Shown piece after piece: positions 28,921-45,650 of a DNA stretch of 48,065 nucleotides. This DNA is from Burkholderiaceae bacterium (lineage in GTDB: Bacteria; Pseudomonadota; Gammaproteobacteria; Burkholderiales; Burkholderiaceae_C), in contig JAIERT010000184.1 in assembly GCA_019746735.1 (NCBI GenBank), forward strand, positions 1-48,065, read 5' to 3'. The position numbers and the translations under genes are program-made. Within the stretch, counting starts at the first letter, position 1, and the number at the start of each line of letters is the position of its first letter. The notes beneath the pieces were generated by a model that worked only from the letters and a program-made list of their open reading frames with translations, was not told where the DNA came from and did not search any database.

Positions 28921-29627
28921 GAGCGGGTCCACTCCCAGGCTTGTGAGGTGTAGAAGCCGCTGGCCACGCGCTGCATGCGCCCGTCCTGCCAGCCTTGCAG
29001 ACCGCTGTGGTCCTGCAGCTGCCGCTGCAGCGCGGCATGGGCCACGGGCGAGAGCGAGGGCGAGCGGTCGCTGCGCGGGAACAGGCGGCCGACGCCGTGC
29101 ATCAGCGCCAGCAGCGGGGTGCGCGGCGCGAAGGTGAAGACCATGGAGCGGCGCACGCGCGGCGCCAGACCGGCCAGGGCCTCGGCGATCTGCGCACAGT
29201 CGTAGTGGATCAGCGAGTCCATGCACACGACGTGATCGAAGTGCCCGAGGTCCGGGCTCAGCATGTCACCGGACAGGAAGGTGACCGAACCGGGCAGCCG
29301 GGGATGCTCGGCCGCCATGCGCTCGGCCGCCAGCTTGACCAGCGTGGGTGAAAGGTCGATGGCCACCACATCGGCGCCGCGCAGGGCCGCCTGCAGCGCC
29401 AGCGCGCCGGTGCCGCAGCCGGCATCGAGCAGGCGCAGGCCGCGCAGGTCCTGCGGCAGCCAGGACATGAGCGTGGTCCGCATGGTGTCGCGCCCGGCGC
29501 GCACGGTGGCGCGGATGCGCCCCACCGGCTCGTTGGAGGTCAGGCGGGCCCAGGCATCGGCCGCGGTGCGATCGAAATAGTGTTCGATCTGGCTGCGGCG
29601 CTGTTCGTAGGCGGTGGTGCTGTCCAT
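28917..29627 (-). CDS. bchM: Mg-protoporphyrin IX methyltransferase
   Basis: YFDRTA, IRATVRAGRD, LDAGCGTG, MDSLIHY, SGFYTSQA. Confidence 0.95.
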   Translation of the reverse strand: MDSTTAYEQRRSQIEHYFDRTAADAWARLTSNEPVGRIRATVRAGRDTMRTTLMSWLPQDLRGLRLLDAGCGTGALALQAALRGADVVAIDLSPTLVKLAAERMAAEHPRLPGSVTFLSGDMLSPDLGHFDHVVCMDSLIHYDCAQIAEALAGLAPRVRRSMVFTFAPRTPLLALMHGVGRLFPRSDRSPSLSPVAHAALQRQLQDHSGLQGWQDGRMQRVASGFYTSQAWEWTRS

Positions 29628-29639
29628 GGCGTGGGGCTT

Positions 29640-34334
<4,695 letters not shown>

Positions 34335-34360
<26 letters not shown>

Positions 34361-35897
34361 CGTAGAGGGTCTCCACCGTGATGGTCGGCAGGCCCTGGTC
34401 GAGGGCATAGCGTTCGGTGTTGCGACGGGCCTTGCCGCGCACGAAGAAAGGAATCTTGCCGAGCTCTTTCTCGGCCTCGGGGCTCCAGCAGGCGGCTCCA
34501 GCAGCCACCGTGATGGGCGCGGCAGCCACCGGCATGGCCGGGGGCTCGCCCACCGTGGCCGGTGCTGCGGTCGGGCGGGTGCTGCCCAGATGGGAAGGCG
34601 CCGCGCCGGCGTGGAACTCGAAGTCCTGGCGGAACATGCCCAGCAGGTGTTCTTCCAGGCCCATCATCAGCGGGTGGACCCAGGTGTCGAAGAGCACGTT
34701 GGCGCCTTCAAAGCCCATCTGCGGGGCATAGCGCGCCGGGTAGTCCTGCACATGCACCGGCGCCGAGATCACGGCGCAGGGGATGCCGTGGCGCTTGGCG
34801 ATGTGGCGCTCCATCTGCGTGCCCAGGATCAGCTCGGGTTGCAGGGCGGTGATCTGCGCCTCGACTTCCAGGTAGTCGTCGGTGATCAGGGCCTCCACGC
34901 CATATTGCTTGGCGCAGTCGCGCACCTCGCGGGCGAACTCGCGGCTGTAGGTACCCAGGCCGACGACTTCAAAGCCCATCTCCTGGCTGGCGATGCGTGC
35001 GCTGGCCACCACATGGGTGGCGTCGCCAAAGATGAAGACCCGCTTGTCGGTCAGGTAGGTCGAGTCGACCGAGCGGGCGTACCAGCCGGCGCGCGCGCCG
35101 ACCGGGTCCTGCGCCGGCACGGGCAGACCGGCCAGGGCGCAGACCTCGGCGATGAAGTCGCGCGTGGCATGCAGGCCCAGCGGTACGGTCCTGGTGTGGG
35201 GCTGGCCGAACTGGCGCTGCAGCCATTGCGCGGCGGCCAGACCGAGTTCGGGGTAAAGCACCACGTTGAAGTCGGCGTCGGCCAGCTGGCGGATGTCGGC
35301 CACGCAGGCGTCCAGCGGGGCGACCACGGCCACGTCGATGCCCAGGCGCTGCAGCAGCTGCGTGATTTCCTGCACATCGTCGCGATGGCGAAAGCCCAGC
35401 GCGCTGGGGCCCAGCAGATTGCAGCGGGGACGTCGGCCGGCGATCTTCTCGCCGGGCGCCTGCACCAGATGGCGGCACAGCTGGTAGAAGGTTTCGCTGG
35501 CGCCCCAGTTTTCCTTGCGCTGGTAGGACGGCAGTTCCAGCGCGATCACCGGCACCGGCAGCTTCAGGGCCTGGGCCAGGCCGCCCGGGTCGTCCTGGAT
35601 CAGCTCGGCGGTGCAGGACGAGCCCACCAGCAGAGCGGCCGGTTGGTGCCGCTCCATGGCCTTGCGGGCCGCGTCCTTGAAGAGTTCGGCGGTGTCGCCG
35701 CCCAGGTCGCGCGCCTGGAAGGTGGTGTAGGTCACGGGCGGGCGCTGCGAGCGGCGCTCGATCATCGTGAACAGCAGGTCGGCGTAGGTGTCGCCCTGCG
35801 GGGCATGCAGCACGTAGTGGACATCGCGCATCGCCGTGGCGATGCGCATCGCGCCGACGTGGGGCGGTCCTTCGTAGGTCCAGAGCGTGAGCTGCAT
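34335..35897 (-). CDS. bchB: Dark-operative protochlorophyllide reductase subunit B
   Basis: [60 protein letters not shown]. Confidence 0.97.
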
Positions 35898-35906
35898 GGT
35901 CAGGTC

Positions 35907-37696
<1,790 letters not shown>

Positions 37697-37728
37697 CTGG
37701 AACCCTCGTCGGCTGGTGACTTGGATTC

Positions 37729-37794
37729 ACTTTAGGTCTCGGATTTGATTGTGTCAACTGAAATTGACAATAAATTATTAACGCAGGGTTTACA
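37729..37794 (-). promoter_or_regulatory. bchF promoter (TTGACA-N17-TAAAGT on -) overlapped by PpsR operator
   Basis: Perfect TGTCAACTGAAATTGACA at 37752-37769; degenerate second site ending TTTACA at 37794; -35 at 37752-37757 and -10 at 37729-37734 on the minus strand. Confidence 0.8.
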
Positions 37795-37945
37795 CCTATC
37801 GCAATCCGGCCAGATCGAATCACACTGAACCCGTGGCTGGTTGCCGCTTCGAAATGAAGCCATGGCCAGACACAAGGGTTGCGACGAGCGCGCCGACGTG
37901 TTGGAACTTGCCGCTGGTGTATTCCACTGAAGATCGGTGCCTGCC

Positions 37946-38737
37946 ATGCCGCAATTCCAGTTTGAACATCCCTGCTACCAGCCTCCCGAGGTTCGGGAGC
38001 CCTCCCAGTCTGCCATCGCCCTGCGGGCCCCGGTCGGTCCGCGACTGGTGGGCGGGACTTCCTTCGACAGCAAGCCGGACCTGGAACCGGCGCAGATCCA
38101 GGCCCTGGCCCTGGCCTGCCTGGAGAGCGTGGATGCGGCACGCCAGGTGATCTTCGGCTGGCAGCGCCAGGGGCACACCCTGGCGGTCATCTACACCCGG
38201 GGCATCACGCCCTGCGCGCGCCTGCTGGGGGACTGGTGGTGCGCCGACCGGCTCGACTTCGCCCTGACCACCATCGCCAGCACCCACCTGCAGCGCCTGC
38301 TGCACGAATTCAGCGCCGAGTTCCTGCGGGAAGCCCCCGCCGAGCCCCAGGGCCTGAGCCTGCTGCTGCTCACCGAACCGGGCGCGCAGCACAGCCTGGG
38401 CCTGTTCATGCTGGGCGAGTTCTTCCGGCGCGCCGGCTGGACCGTGACCCTGGGGGTGCCACCGGATGTGACCGAGTTCAAGCGCCTGTTCCGGGCCGAG
38501 TGGTTCGACGCCATTGGCGTCAGCATCAGCACTGACCGCCATCTGGCGACACTGGAAAAGCTGCTGCCCCAGCTCAAGGCCACCTCGGTCAACCTGGACA
38601 TGCAGATCTTCGTGGGCGGCCCGATGGTCCTGTCGGCGCCAGAACGCCTGGACTGGCGCTGCGCCGAAGTGCTGGCCGGGGACGCCCCCGACACGGTGCG
38701 GCAGGTGACCGAGAGCATGGCCAGCCGCGTCGTCTGA
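37946..38737 (+). CDS. ppaA: AerR/PpaA-family cobalamin-binding-domain antirepressor (copy 1)
   Basis: ARLLGDWW..D.LDF cap, PGAQHSLG, FFRRAGW, FDAIGVS, IFVGGP; divergent from bchF and directly upstream of ppsR, the canonical aerR/ppaA position. Confidence 0.82.
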   Translation: MPQFQFEHPCYQPPEVREPSQSAIALRAPVGPRLVGGTSFDSKPDLEPAQIQALALACLESVDAARQVIFGWQRQGHTLAVIYTRGITPCARLLGDWWCADRLDFALTTIASTHLQRLLHEFSAEFLREAPAEPQGLSLLLLTEPGAQHSLGLFMLGEFFRRAGWTVTLGVPPDVTEFKRLFRAEWFDAIGVSISTDRHLATLEKLLPQLKATSVNLDMQIFVGGPMVLSAPERLDWRCAEVLAGDAPDTVRQVTESMASRVV

Positions 38738-38833
38738 CACAGGCCTGCAAACATACCCGGAGACAGTGGCATGGCACCGACAGCACCCCGGCCCCCGCGG
38801 TTTCCCTAGGCCCAGGCCCCATTTCGAGCACAC

Positions 38834-38898
38834 TATAATCAATTGTCTAGGACAAAATGTAATGTCAACTTGTCCCTAAATAAAACGTTTGATTGACA
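38834..38898 (+). promoter_or_regulatory. AT-rich internal promoter region of ppsR
   Basis: TATAAT at 38834-38839; TGTCAA (38863-38868) and TTGACA (38893-38898) half-sites; palindrome TTGTC-TAG-GACAA. Confidence 0.45.
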
Positions 38899-38900
38899 GT

Positions 38901-40289
38901 ATGCAACTCCCTCCGCTTGACTCCTCCACCTTCAGCCAGCTTCTGGGTGTGGTGTCCGACCTCACCCTGGTGATGGACTCGGCCGGAGTGATCGAGGACG
39001 TGTCCACCGCGCGTGCCACGCTGGCGGCCTCGGGCTGTCAGGCCTGGGTCGGACGCCCCTGGCTGGAGACCGTGACCACCGAAAGCCGGATCAAGGTCCA
39101 GGAGCTGCTGCAGACCTCGGACGCCCCCGAGACGATGCGCTGGCGCCATATCAACCACCCCTCCCCCATGGGCAACGACATCGCGCTGCAGTACGTGGTC
39201 CTGCCCCTGGGGAATGGCAAGATCCTGGCCATCGGGCGCGACCTCGAAGCCCAGGCCGAGCTGCAACGCCGCCTGGTCGAAACGCAGCAGTCGATGGAGC
39301 GGGACTATCTGCGCCTGCGCCAGATCGAGGCCCGCTACCGGGTCCTGTTCGATACCTCTGCGGAAGCAGTCCTGCTGGTCGACGCCGGCTCGCAGCGCGT
39401 GCTCGAGGCCAACGTGGGCGCGCAGTCCCTGCTCAAGGATGCCGGCAAGCGCCTGGTCGGGCGGGACATCCGCGAATGCTTCGAAAGCGAGAGCCAGGGC
39501 GAAGTGCAGTCCCTGCTGCGCATGGCCCTGGCCACCGGGCGCATCGAGATGTGCGCCGCCCGCGTGGCGGGTGTCTCTGCGCCGCTGACCGTGTCGGCCA
39601 CGGTGTTTCGCCAGGAAGGCGGGGCGCAGTTCCTGGTCCGGCTGGTCAGCCGGGAAGCAGTGGTCGAGCCTCACCATGACAACGGGACCTCGCTCGCCCT
39701 GGTCGAGGCCATGGAGCACTTCCCCGATGGCTGGCTGCTGACCGACACCGCGGGCGTGATCAAGAACGTCAATGAAGAGACCATGGCCCTGATGGGCCTG
39801 ACGGCCGCGTCCCAGATCGTGGGCCAGAGCATGGAGCGCTGGCTGCAACGCGGTGCGGTGGACTGGGGTGTGCTCAACACCAGCCTGCGCCAGCAGCTGC
39901 CAGTGCGCAGTTTCGCGACCGAGGTGCGCACGCTCTCGGGCCTGACCCTGCCGGTCGACGTCTCGGCCGTCTACCTGTCGCGACCGGAACCGACCTACGC
40001 CTTCTTCGTGCGCGACCTGAACCGGCGCCCCAGCGGCGTCGTGGCCGGCGCGACCGGCCCAGCCCACCCGTTTGCCGAACTCTCGCAGCTGGTGGGCCGC
40101 CGGCCCATCAAGGACATCGTCGGCGAGACCGTCGACACCATCGAACGCATGTGCATCGAATCGGCGCTGGAACTGACCCACAACAACCGCGCCTCCGCGG
40201 CGGAAATGCTGGGTCTGTCGCGCCAGAGCCTGTACGTGAAGCTGCGCCGCTACGGGATCGTGGCGGACGCGGAAACGGAAACCAGCTGA
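38901..40289 (+). CDS. ppsR: Transcriptional repressor PpsR/CrtJ
   Basis: Three PAS domains, Q-linker LQRRLVETQQSMERDY.RLR..EARYR, Fis-type HTH IERMCIESALELTHNNRASAAEMLGLSRQSLYVKLRRYG with the redox Cys. Confidence 0.95.
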   Translation: MQLPPLDSSTFSQLLGVVSDLTLVMDSAGVIEDVSTARATLAASGCQAWVGRPWLETVTTESRIKVQELLQTSDAPETMRWRHINHPSPMGNDIALQYVVLPLGNGKILAIGRDLEAQAELQRRLVETQQSMERDYLRLRQIEARYRVLFDTSAEAVLLVDAGSQRVLEANVGAQSLLKDAGKRLVGRDIRECFESESQGEVQSLLRMALATGRIEMCAARVAGVSAPLTVSATVFRQEGGAQFLVRLVSREAVVEPHHDNGTSLALVEAMEHFPDGWLLTDTAGVIKNVNEETMALMGLTAASQIVGQSMERWLQRGAVDWGVLNTSLRQQLPVRSFATEVRTLSGLTLPVDVSAVYLSRPEPTYAFFVRDLNRRPSGVVAGATGPAHPFAELSQLVGRRPIKDIVGETVDTIERMCIESALELTHNNRASAAEMLGLSRQSLYVKLRRYGIVADAETETS

Positions 40290-40302
40290 ATTTCTCGCTG
40301 GG

Positions 40303-40360
40303 TTGACACTTAGTGTCAATATCGATTGACAATTTCGAATCTGTCTCCACAATGGAGACA
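40303..40360 (+). promoter_or_regulatory. bchG promoter with PpsR operator
   Basis: Perfect TGTCAATATCGATTGACA at 40314-40331, upstream TTGACA at 40303-40308, -10-like CACAAT 40348-40353 inside inverted repeat TGTCTCCA-CAA-TGGAGACA. Confidence 0.8.
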
Positions 40361-41283
40361 TGAGCAGCCCGCCTCTCATCCTCACGCCTCCCCTGCAACG
40401 GCCCGCGCTGCGGACGGTGGCCGAGCTGCTCAAGCCCATCACCTGGTTTCCGCCCATGTGGGCCTTCGCCTGCGGGGTGGTGGCGTCGGGGCAGAGCCTG
40501 TCGGCCCACTGGGGGCTGATCCTGCTGGGCCTGGTACTCACGGGGCCGCTGGTGTGCGCCAGCAGCCAGGCCGTCAACGACTGGTTCGACCGTCATGTCG
40601 ATGCCATCAACGAACCCCAGCGCCCGATTCCCTCGGGGCGCATGCCTGGCCGCTGGGGCCTGGGCATCGCCATCGCCTGGACGCTGCTGTCCCTGCTGTG
40701 GGCGACGCTCATGGGGCCCTGGGGCTTCGCGGCCTGCGCCCTGGCGATCGTGCTTTCCTGGGCCTACAGCGCCCCGCCGGTGCGCCTCAAGGCCAACGGC
40801 TGGTGGGGCAACGCGGCCTGCGCGCTGAGCTATGAGGGCCTGGCCTGGATCACCGGCACGGCCGTGATGCTGGGCGGCGCCTGGCCGGGCCAGCCCTCCC
40901 TCCTGCTGGCGCTGCTCTACAGCGTCGGGGCGCACGGCATCATGACCCTCAACGACTTCAAGGCCATCGAGGGCGACCAGCGCATGGGCGTGGCATCGCT
41001 GCCGGTGCAGCTGGGCGCGAAGAACGCGGCCCTGGTGGCCTGTCTCTTCATGTGGCTGCCGCAGCTCGCGGTGAGCGCCCTGCTGCTGGCCTGGCAGCTG
41101 CCGTGGCACGCCACGGCGGTGCTGGCGCTGAGCCTGCTGCAATGGCCCCTGATGTTCCGCTTCCTGCAGCAGCCGGTCGAGCGTGCCCTGAGCGTGAGCG
41201 CCTTCGGCGTGCCGCTGTTTGTCAGCGGCATGATGGTCAGCGCCTGGGGACTGCGGCAGCTGCAAACCCTGGGGGCCGCATGA
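40360..41283 (+). CDS. bchG: Bacteriochlorophyll synthase
   Basis: ELLKPITWFPPMWAF, NDWFDRHVDAINEP.RPIPSGR, GIMTLNDFKAIEGD. Confidence 0.96.
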   Translation: MSSPPLILTPPLQRPALRTVAELLKPITWFPPMWAFACGVVASGQSLSAHWGLILLGLVLTGPLVCASSQAVNDWFDRHVDAINEPQRPIPSGRMPGRWGLGIAIAWTLLSLLWATLMGPWGFAACALAIVLSWAYSAPPVRLKANGWWGNAACALSYEGLAWITGTAVMLGGAWPGQPSLLLALLYSVGAHGIMTLNDFKAIEGDQRMGVASLPVQLGAKNAALVACLFMWLPQLAVSALLLAWQLPWHATAVLALSLLQWPLMFRFLQQPVERALSVSAFGVPLFVSGMMVSAWGLRQLQTLGAA

Positions 41284-42638
41284 AGCCACCCCGTTTTGGC
41301 TGGCTCGAGATCATCCGGCTGGGCCTGATCCAGGCCTGCCTGGGGGCCGTCGTGGTGGTAACCACCTCCACCCTCAACCGCATCATGGTCGTGGAACTGG
41401 CCCTGCCGGCCCTGCTGCCCGGCTTTCTGGTGGCCTGGCATTACGCCGTGCAGATCATGCGTCCCCGCATGGGCTTCGGCGCCGACCAGGGACGGCGTTG
41501 CACGCCCTGGATGATGGGCGGCATGCTGGTGCTGGGCCTGGGCGGCGTGCTGGCCGCCGCGGCCGTGGTCTGGATGCAGTCCGAACCCTTGCACGGTGCT
41601 TTGCTGGCCTGGCTGGCCTTCAGCCTGATTGGCGTGGGTGTCAGTGCCTGCGGCACCTCGCTGCTCACGCTGATGGCCAAACAGGTCCCCGACGACCGTC
41701 GCGCACCGGCGGCCACCGCGGTGTGGATGATGATGATCGTGGGCTTTGTGGTCACGGCCGGCGTGGTCGGCAAGTTGATCGATCCCTACAGCCCCCAGGT
41801 GCTGCTGAAGGTGTCGGCCGGCCTGAGTCTCGTCACCACGCTGCTGACCGCTGTCTGCCTCTGGGGTCTGGAGAAGCGCCCGGCGCGCACCGCCCTCGCC
41901 GAGCCCGTGGACACGGCCGGCGCGCCCCTGCCGAGGCCGCGTTTCAAGCAGGCCCTGCGCGAGGTCTGGTCCGATCCCAAGGCGCGCACCTTCACCGTCT
42001 TCGTGTTCATGTCCATGCTGGCCTACAACGCGCAGGACCTGATCCTGGAGCCCTTCGCCGGTGCGGTGCATGGCCTGACACCGGGGCAGACCACGCAGTT
42101 GTCGGGCTGGCATCACCTTGGGGTGCTGGTCGGCATGCTGGCCGTGGCCGCTGCCGGCTCACGCTGGGCACGCGGGCGCTGGGGCTCGGTGCAGGCCTGG
42201 ATGGTCGGCGGTTGCCTGGCCTCGGCCCTGGCCACCGTGGGCCTGTGCAGCGCCGCCCTGTCCAGCCACTGGCCCTTGCAGGCCAATGTGGTGCTGCTGG
42301 GTGTGGCCAACGGCGCGTTCTCGATTGCGGCCATCGCCACCATGATGCGTCTGGCTGGTGAAGGCGGGGCGGGGCGCGAAGGCACACGCATGGGCCTGTG
42401 GGGTGCAGCACAAGCCATGGCCTTTGGTCTGGGCGGCCTGCTGGGCACCGCCGCCAGCGACCTGGCCCACGTCCTGCTGGGCGAGCACCGCACGGCCTAC
42501 GCCGCGGTCTTCGGCCTGCAGGCCTGCATGTTTGCCGTGTCCGCCGCCGTGGCGTCGCGGCTGCGCAGCCCTGCTGCAGCCGATCGGGCGCGGCTTTACG
42601 ACACGTCCTCTTTCCTGAAAGGCAGGTCGACCTCATGA
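41280..42638 (+). CDS. pucC: PucC/BCD-family MFS protein (bchG-linked)
   Basis: IIRLGLIQACLG, STLNRIMVVEL, QDLILEPFAG, REGTRMGLWGAAQA; between bchG and bchP. Confidence 0.85.
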   Translation: MKPPRFGWLEIIRLGLIQACLGAVVVVTTSTLNRIMVVELALPALLPGFLVAWHYAVQIMRPRMGFGADQGRRCTPWMMGGMLVLGLGGVLAAAAVVWMQSEPLHGALLAWLAFSLIGVGVSACGTSLLTLMAKQVPDDRRAPAATAVWMMMIVGFVVTAGVVGKLIDPYSPQVLLKVSAGLSLVTTLLTAVCLWGLEKRPARTALAEPVDTAGAPLPRPRFKQALREVWSDPKARTFTVFVFMSMLAYNAQDLILEPFAGAVHGLTPGQTTQLSGWHHLGVLVGMLAVAAAGSRWARGRWGSVQAWMVGGCLASALATVGLCSAALSSHWPLQANVVLLGVANGAFSIAAIATMMRLAGEGGAGREGTRMGLWGAAQAMAFGLGGLLGTAASDLAHVLLGEHRTAYAAVFGLQACMFAVSAAVASRLRSPAAADRARLYDTSSFLKGRSTS

Positions 42639-43843
42639 ATCAGACAGATTACGACGTGGTCGTGGTGGGCGGGGGACCTTCCGGGGCCACCGCCGCCCAT
42701 GACCTGGTGCGCCAGGGATGGCGTGTGCTGCTGCTCGACCGCCAGGGCCGGGCCAAGCCCTGTGGCGGCGCGATCCCGCCGCGGCTGATCCAGGACTTCG
42801 AGATCCCCGATCACCTGCTGGTGGCCAAGGTCCGCTGCGCCCGCATGATCTCACCGGCCAACAACCGGGTCGACATCCCCATCGACGATGGTTTCGTCGG
42901 CATGGTGGACCGCAGCGATTTCGACGAATTCCTGCGCGCGCGCGCAGCGCAATCCGGTGCGGTCCGCTGCCAGGCCATCTTTGACAAGGTGCAGCACGAC
43001 GACAGCGGAACCCTGTGGGTGCACTACACGCCGGTCACGCCGAGGGAGCATGCCGCCGCACAGCATGCGTCACCCGTCAAGGTGAGTACGCGCATGGTGG
43101 TGGGAGCCGATGGCGCCCGCTCGGAAGTGGCGCGGCAGCAGATTCCCAGATCGGACCGCACCAAGTACGTGTTCGCCTACCACGAGATCATCGAGGCGCC
43201 GCTGCGCAAGCCGGGCCACGATGCAGCGCGCTGCGATGTGTACTACCAGGGCGAGGTGTCCCCCGATTTCTACGGCTGGGTGTTCCCGCACGGCAAGACC
43301 ATGAGCGTGGGCACGGGCAGCGCCGACAAGGGCTTTTCCCTGCGCAGCGCCACGGCCCATCTGCGCGATATCGCCGGCCTGAGCGAGGAGGCGACCTTTC
43401 GCCGCGAAGGCGCACCGATTCCGCTCAAGCCCCTGCCCCAATGGGACAACGGCCGCGACGTGGTCGTGGTCGGGGACGCCGCCGGTGTGGTCGCACCCTC
43501 GTCGGGCGAAGGCATCTACTACGCCATGGACTGCGCCCGCACCGTGGCGCAGGCGACGCACGAGGCCTTGCGCACCGGCAACCCGGCCTGCCTCAAGCGC
43601 GGGCGCCAGCGCTTCATGAAGCGGCACGGCCGGGTCTTCTGGATCCTCGGCGTGATGCAATACTTCTGGTACCGGAACGACCGCAGGCGCGAGAAGTTCG
43701 TCAAGATCTGCGAAGACCGCGACGTGCAGCGCCTGACCTTCGAGTCCTACATGAACAAGGAACTGGCACGCAAGGACCCGATGGCCCATGTACGCATCTT
43801 CCTCAAGGACATGGCACATCTGCTGGGCCTAGCCCGGACATGA
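42635..43843 (+). CDS. bchP: Geranylgeranyl reductase
   Basis: VVVGGGPSGATAA, KPCGGAIPP, SPDFYGWVFPHG, GDAAG.V...SGEGIYYA. Confidence 0.95.
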   Translation: MNQTDYDVVVVGGGPSGATAAHDLVRQGWRVLLLDRQGRAKPCGGAIPPRLIQDFEIPDHLLVAKVRCARMISPANNRVDIPIDDGFVGMVDRSDFDEFLRARAAQSGAVRCQAIFDKVQHDDSGTLWVHYTPVTPREHAAAQHASPVKVSTRMVVGADGARSEVARQQIPRSDRTKYVFAYHEIIEAPLRKPGHDAARCDVYYQGEVSPDFYGWVFPHGKTMSVGTGSADKGFSLRSATAHLRDIAGLSEEATFRREGAPIPLKPLPQWDNGRDVVVVGDAAGVVAPSSGEGIYYAMDCARTVAQATHEALRTGNPACLKRGRQRFMKRHGRVFWILGVMQYFWYRNDRRREKFVKICEDRDVQRLTFESYMNKELARKDPMAHVRIFLKDMAHLLGLART

Positions 43844-43901
43844 GGTACGGCGGTGGCCATGCGGCAGATCGGGTCACTGCGTGCCGACGACAATCGCGCG
43901 C

Positions 43902-44384
43902 ATGAACAAAGCCGCCCTGATCCGTCTCGCCATCGCCTTCGCCCTGAGCTACGCCACGGCGGGCATCGGCAAGGCCCTGACCGAGCTCGGCCCCTGGTAC
44001 TACAGCCTGAGCCTGCCGGACTGGAAGCCGCCGGACGTGGCCTTTGGCGTGATCTGGTCCCTCCTCTTCACGCTTGGCGCCATCAGCGGCTGGCTGGCCT
44101 GGCAGGCCGCCGACACGGCCGCACTGAGGCGCCGCGTGGCCTGGCTGTTCGGGCTCAACGCCTTGCTCAACGTCCTGTGGAGCGCGCTGTACTTCAAGCT
44201 CCAGCGTCCGGACTGGGCCCTCTACGAGGTCGGTCTGCTGTGGTTGTCCATCATCGCCCTGATCCTGGGACTCTGGCGCCTGTCCCGCTGGGCCAGCCTG
44301 CTGCTGCTGCCCTACGCCGTCTGGGTCGGGATCGCCGCAGCTCTCAACCTGGCGACCGTGCGGCTCAACGGGCCTTTCGCCTGA
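43902..44384 (+). CDS. tspO: TspO/MBR (CrtK) tryptophan-rich sensory protein
   Basis: WY.SL..P.W.PPD..FG.IW, LN.LWS.LYF, LLLPY..WV..A..LN. Confidence 0.92.
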   Translation: MNKAALIRLAIAFALSYATAGIGKALTELGPWYYSLSLPDWKPPDVAFGVIWSLLFTLGAISGWLAWQAADTAALRRRVAWLFGLNALLNVLWSALYFKLQRPDWALYEVGLLWLSIIALILGLWRLSRWASLLLLPYAVWVGIAAALNLATVRLNGPFA

Positions 44385-44451
44385 ACGGCGGCCCCCTCAC
44401 AGGGTGTCTGTACCCGACCGCAGGGGACGACCGCGGACCCGCAGGCGTTCC

Positions 44452-45369
44452 ATGCTGACCGCCCTGGCTGCCCTCACCGCCTTGTCCTTCTGGCTGTGGA
44501 CGCCCGACCTGCCACGCGCCGAGCTGGAGCAGCGCTACCTGGCCGCACCGACCGACATGGTCGAAGTCGGTGTCTGGCGTCTGCACGTCCGTGACAGCGG
44601 ACCGCCGCCCGGTGCGCCCCAGTCGGTGCCCGTGCTGATGCTGCATGGCTTCGGCTCCAGCCTCCACACCTGGGACAGCTGGGCCCAGACCCTGGCCGCA
44701 CAGCAACGGGTGATCCGTGTGGACCTGCCCGGCAGCGGGCTGAGCCTGCCCGACCCCGCTGCAGACTACAGCGACGCACGTGCGCTCGAGCTGTTGCTGG
44801 CCTTGATGACGCAGCTGGGCGTGGACCGCACCAGCATCGTCGGGCACTCGATGGGCGGGCGTATCGCCTGGACCTTGGCCGCACGGCACCCCGAGCGCGT
44901 GCACAAGCTGGTGCTCGTCGCCCCGGATGGCTTTGCCAGCCCGCGTTTTGACTATGGCAAGCCGGTGGACGTGCCGGCCACCTTGACCGTGATGCGTTAC
45001 GTGCTGCCACGCCCGCTGCTGAAGATGAACCTGAAGGCGGCCTACGTTCGGCCCGAGGCCCTGGACGAGGACCTGGTGAGCCGCTACCACGATCTCATCC
45101 GCGCGCCGGGCGCACGGGAGGCCATGCTGGAACGCCTGCGGCAGACCGTCCTGGTCCGGCCGGAGCCCCTGCTGGGTCAGATCCGCGCGCCGACCCTACT
45201 GCTATGGGGCGAACTCGACCGCATGATCCCGATCACGAACGCCCAGGACTATGTGCAGGCCCTACCCGACAGCCGCCTGGTCCGCTTGCCCGATACCGGG
45301 CATGTCCCGCAGGAGGAAACGCCCCTGGATTCGCTTCGGCCGGTGCAGGAATTCCTCCGGGCCAAATGA
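44452..45369 (+). CDS. Membrane-anchored alpha/beta hydrolase, unknown substrate (alternative GTG start 44404)
   Basis: Oxyanion HGFG, nucleophile GHSMGG, LWGELD acid, GHVPQEE His; N-terminal hydrophobic segment. Confidence 0.85.
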   Translation: MLTALAALTALSFWLWTPDLPRAELEQRYLAAPTDMVEVGVWRLHVRDSGPPPGAPQSVPVLMLHGFGSSLHTWDSWAQTLAAQQRVIRVDLPGSGLSLPDPAADYSDARALELLLALMTQLGVDRTSIVGHSMGGRIAWTLAARHPERVHKLVLVAPDGFASPRFDYGKPVDVPATLTVMRYVLPRPLLKMNLKAAYVRPEALDEDLVSRYHDLIRAPGAREAMLERLRQTVLVRPEPLLGQIRAPTLLLWGELDRMIPITNAQDYVQALPDSRLVRLPDTGHVPQEETPLDSLRPVQEFLRAK

Positions 45370-45650
45370 GCCGCGAGGGGAACACGACACGCGTGCTGTC
45401 CTGCAGCAAAGCGCCGATGGTCGTGTTTGACCAAGACAAATGCCCGATTCAATAATTTGGAGCGCCGTGTCGCCAAGCCGTGCGCCCGTGAGTCTTATGC
45501 ATTGAGGGTTTGTCACAATTGGAGCCGCCCCGGGTCCCCTGGTTAAGATGAAACTGCATCTGCCGACCGGCCTGCCATCCTGCTGGCGTCTCGACGCCCC
45601 GGTTCCCACTTCAACGATGAGGTGCAGTGCTCATGCGGCAAGGAGAAGGC

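Noticed and set aside
40354-40358. GGAGA as a hairpin-sequestered Shine-Dalgarno (RNA thermometer) for bchG
   Set aside because: Only 1 nt from the ATG, too close to act as SD; leaderless/operator reading preferred.
45427-45440. FNR-like box TTGACCAAGACAAA
   Set aside because: Three mismatches to TTGAT-N4-ATCAA; not supportable.
45370-45650. Possible cobalamin riboswitch upstream of the second B12-binding protein (and 37800-37945 for the first)
   Set aside because: Only fragments (GGGAA, CCTGCC); no B12 box or core GCCCCCGCAACTGT/GCCACTG elements visible. An Rfam cmscan would settle it.
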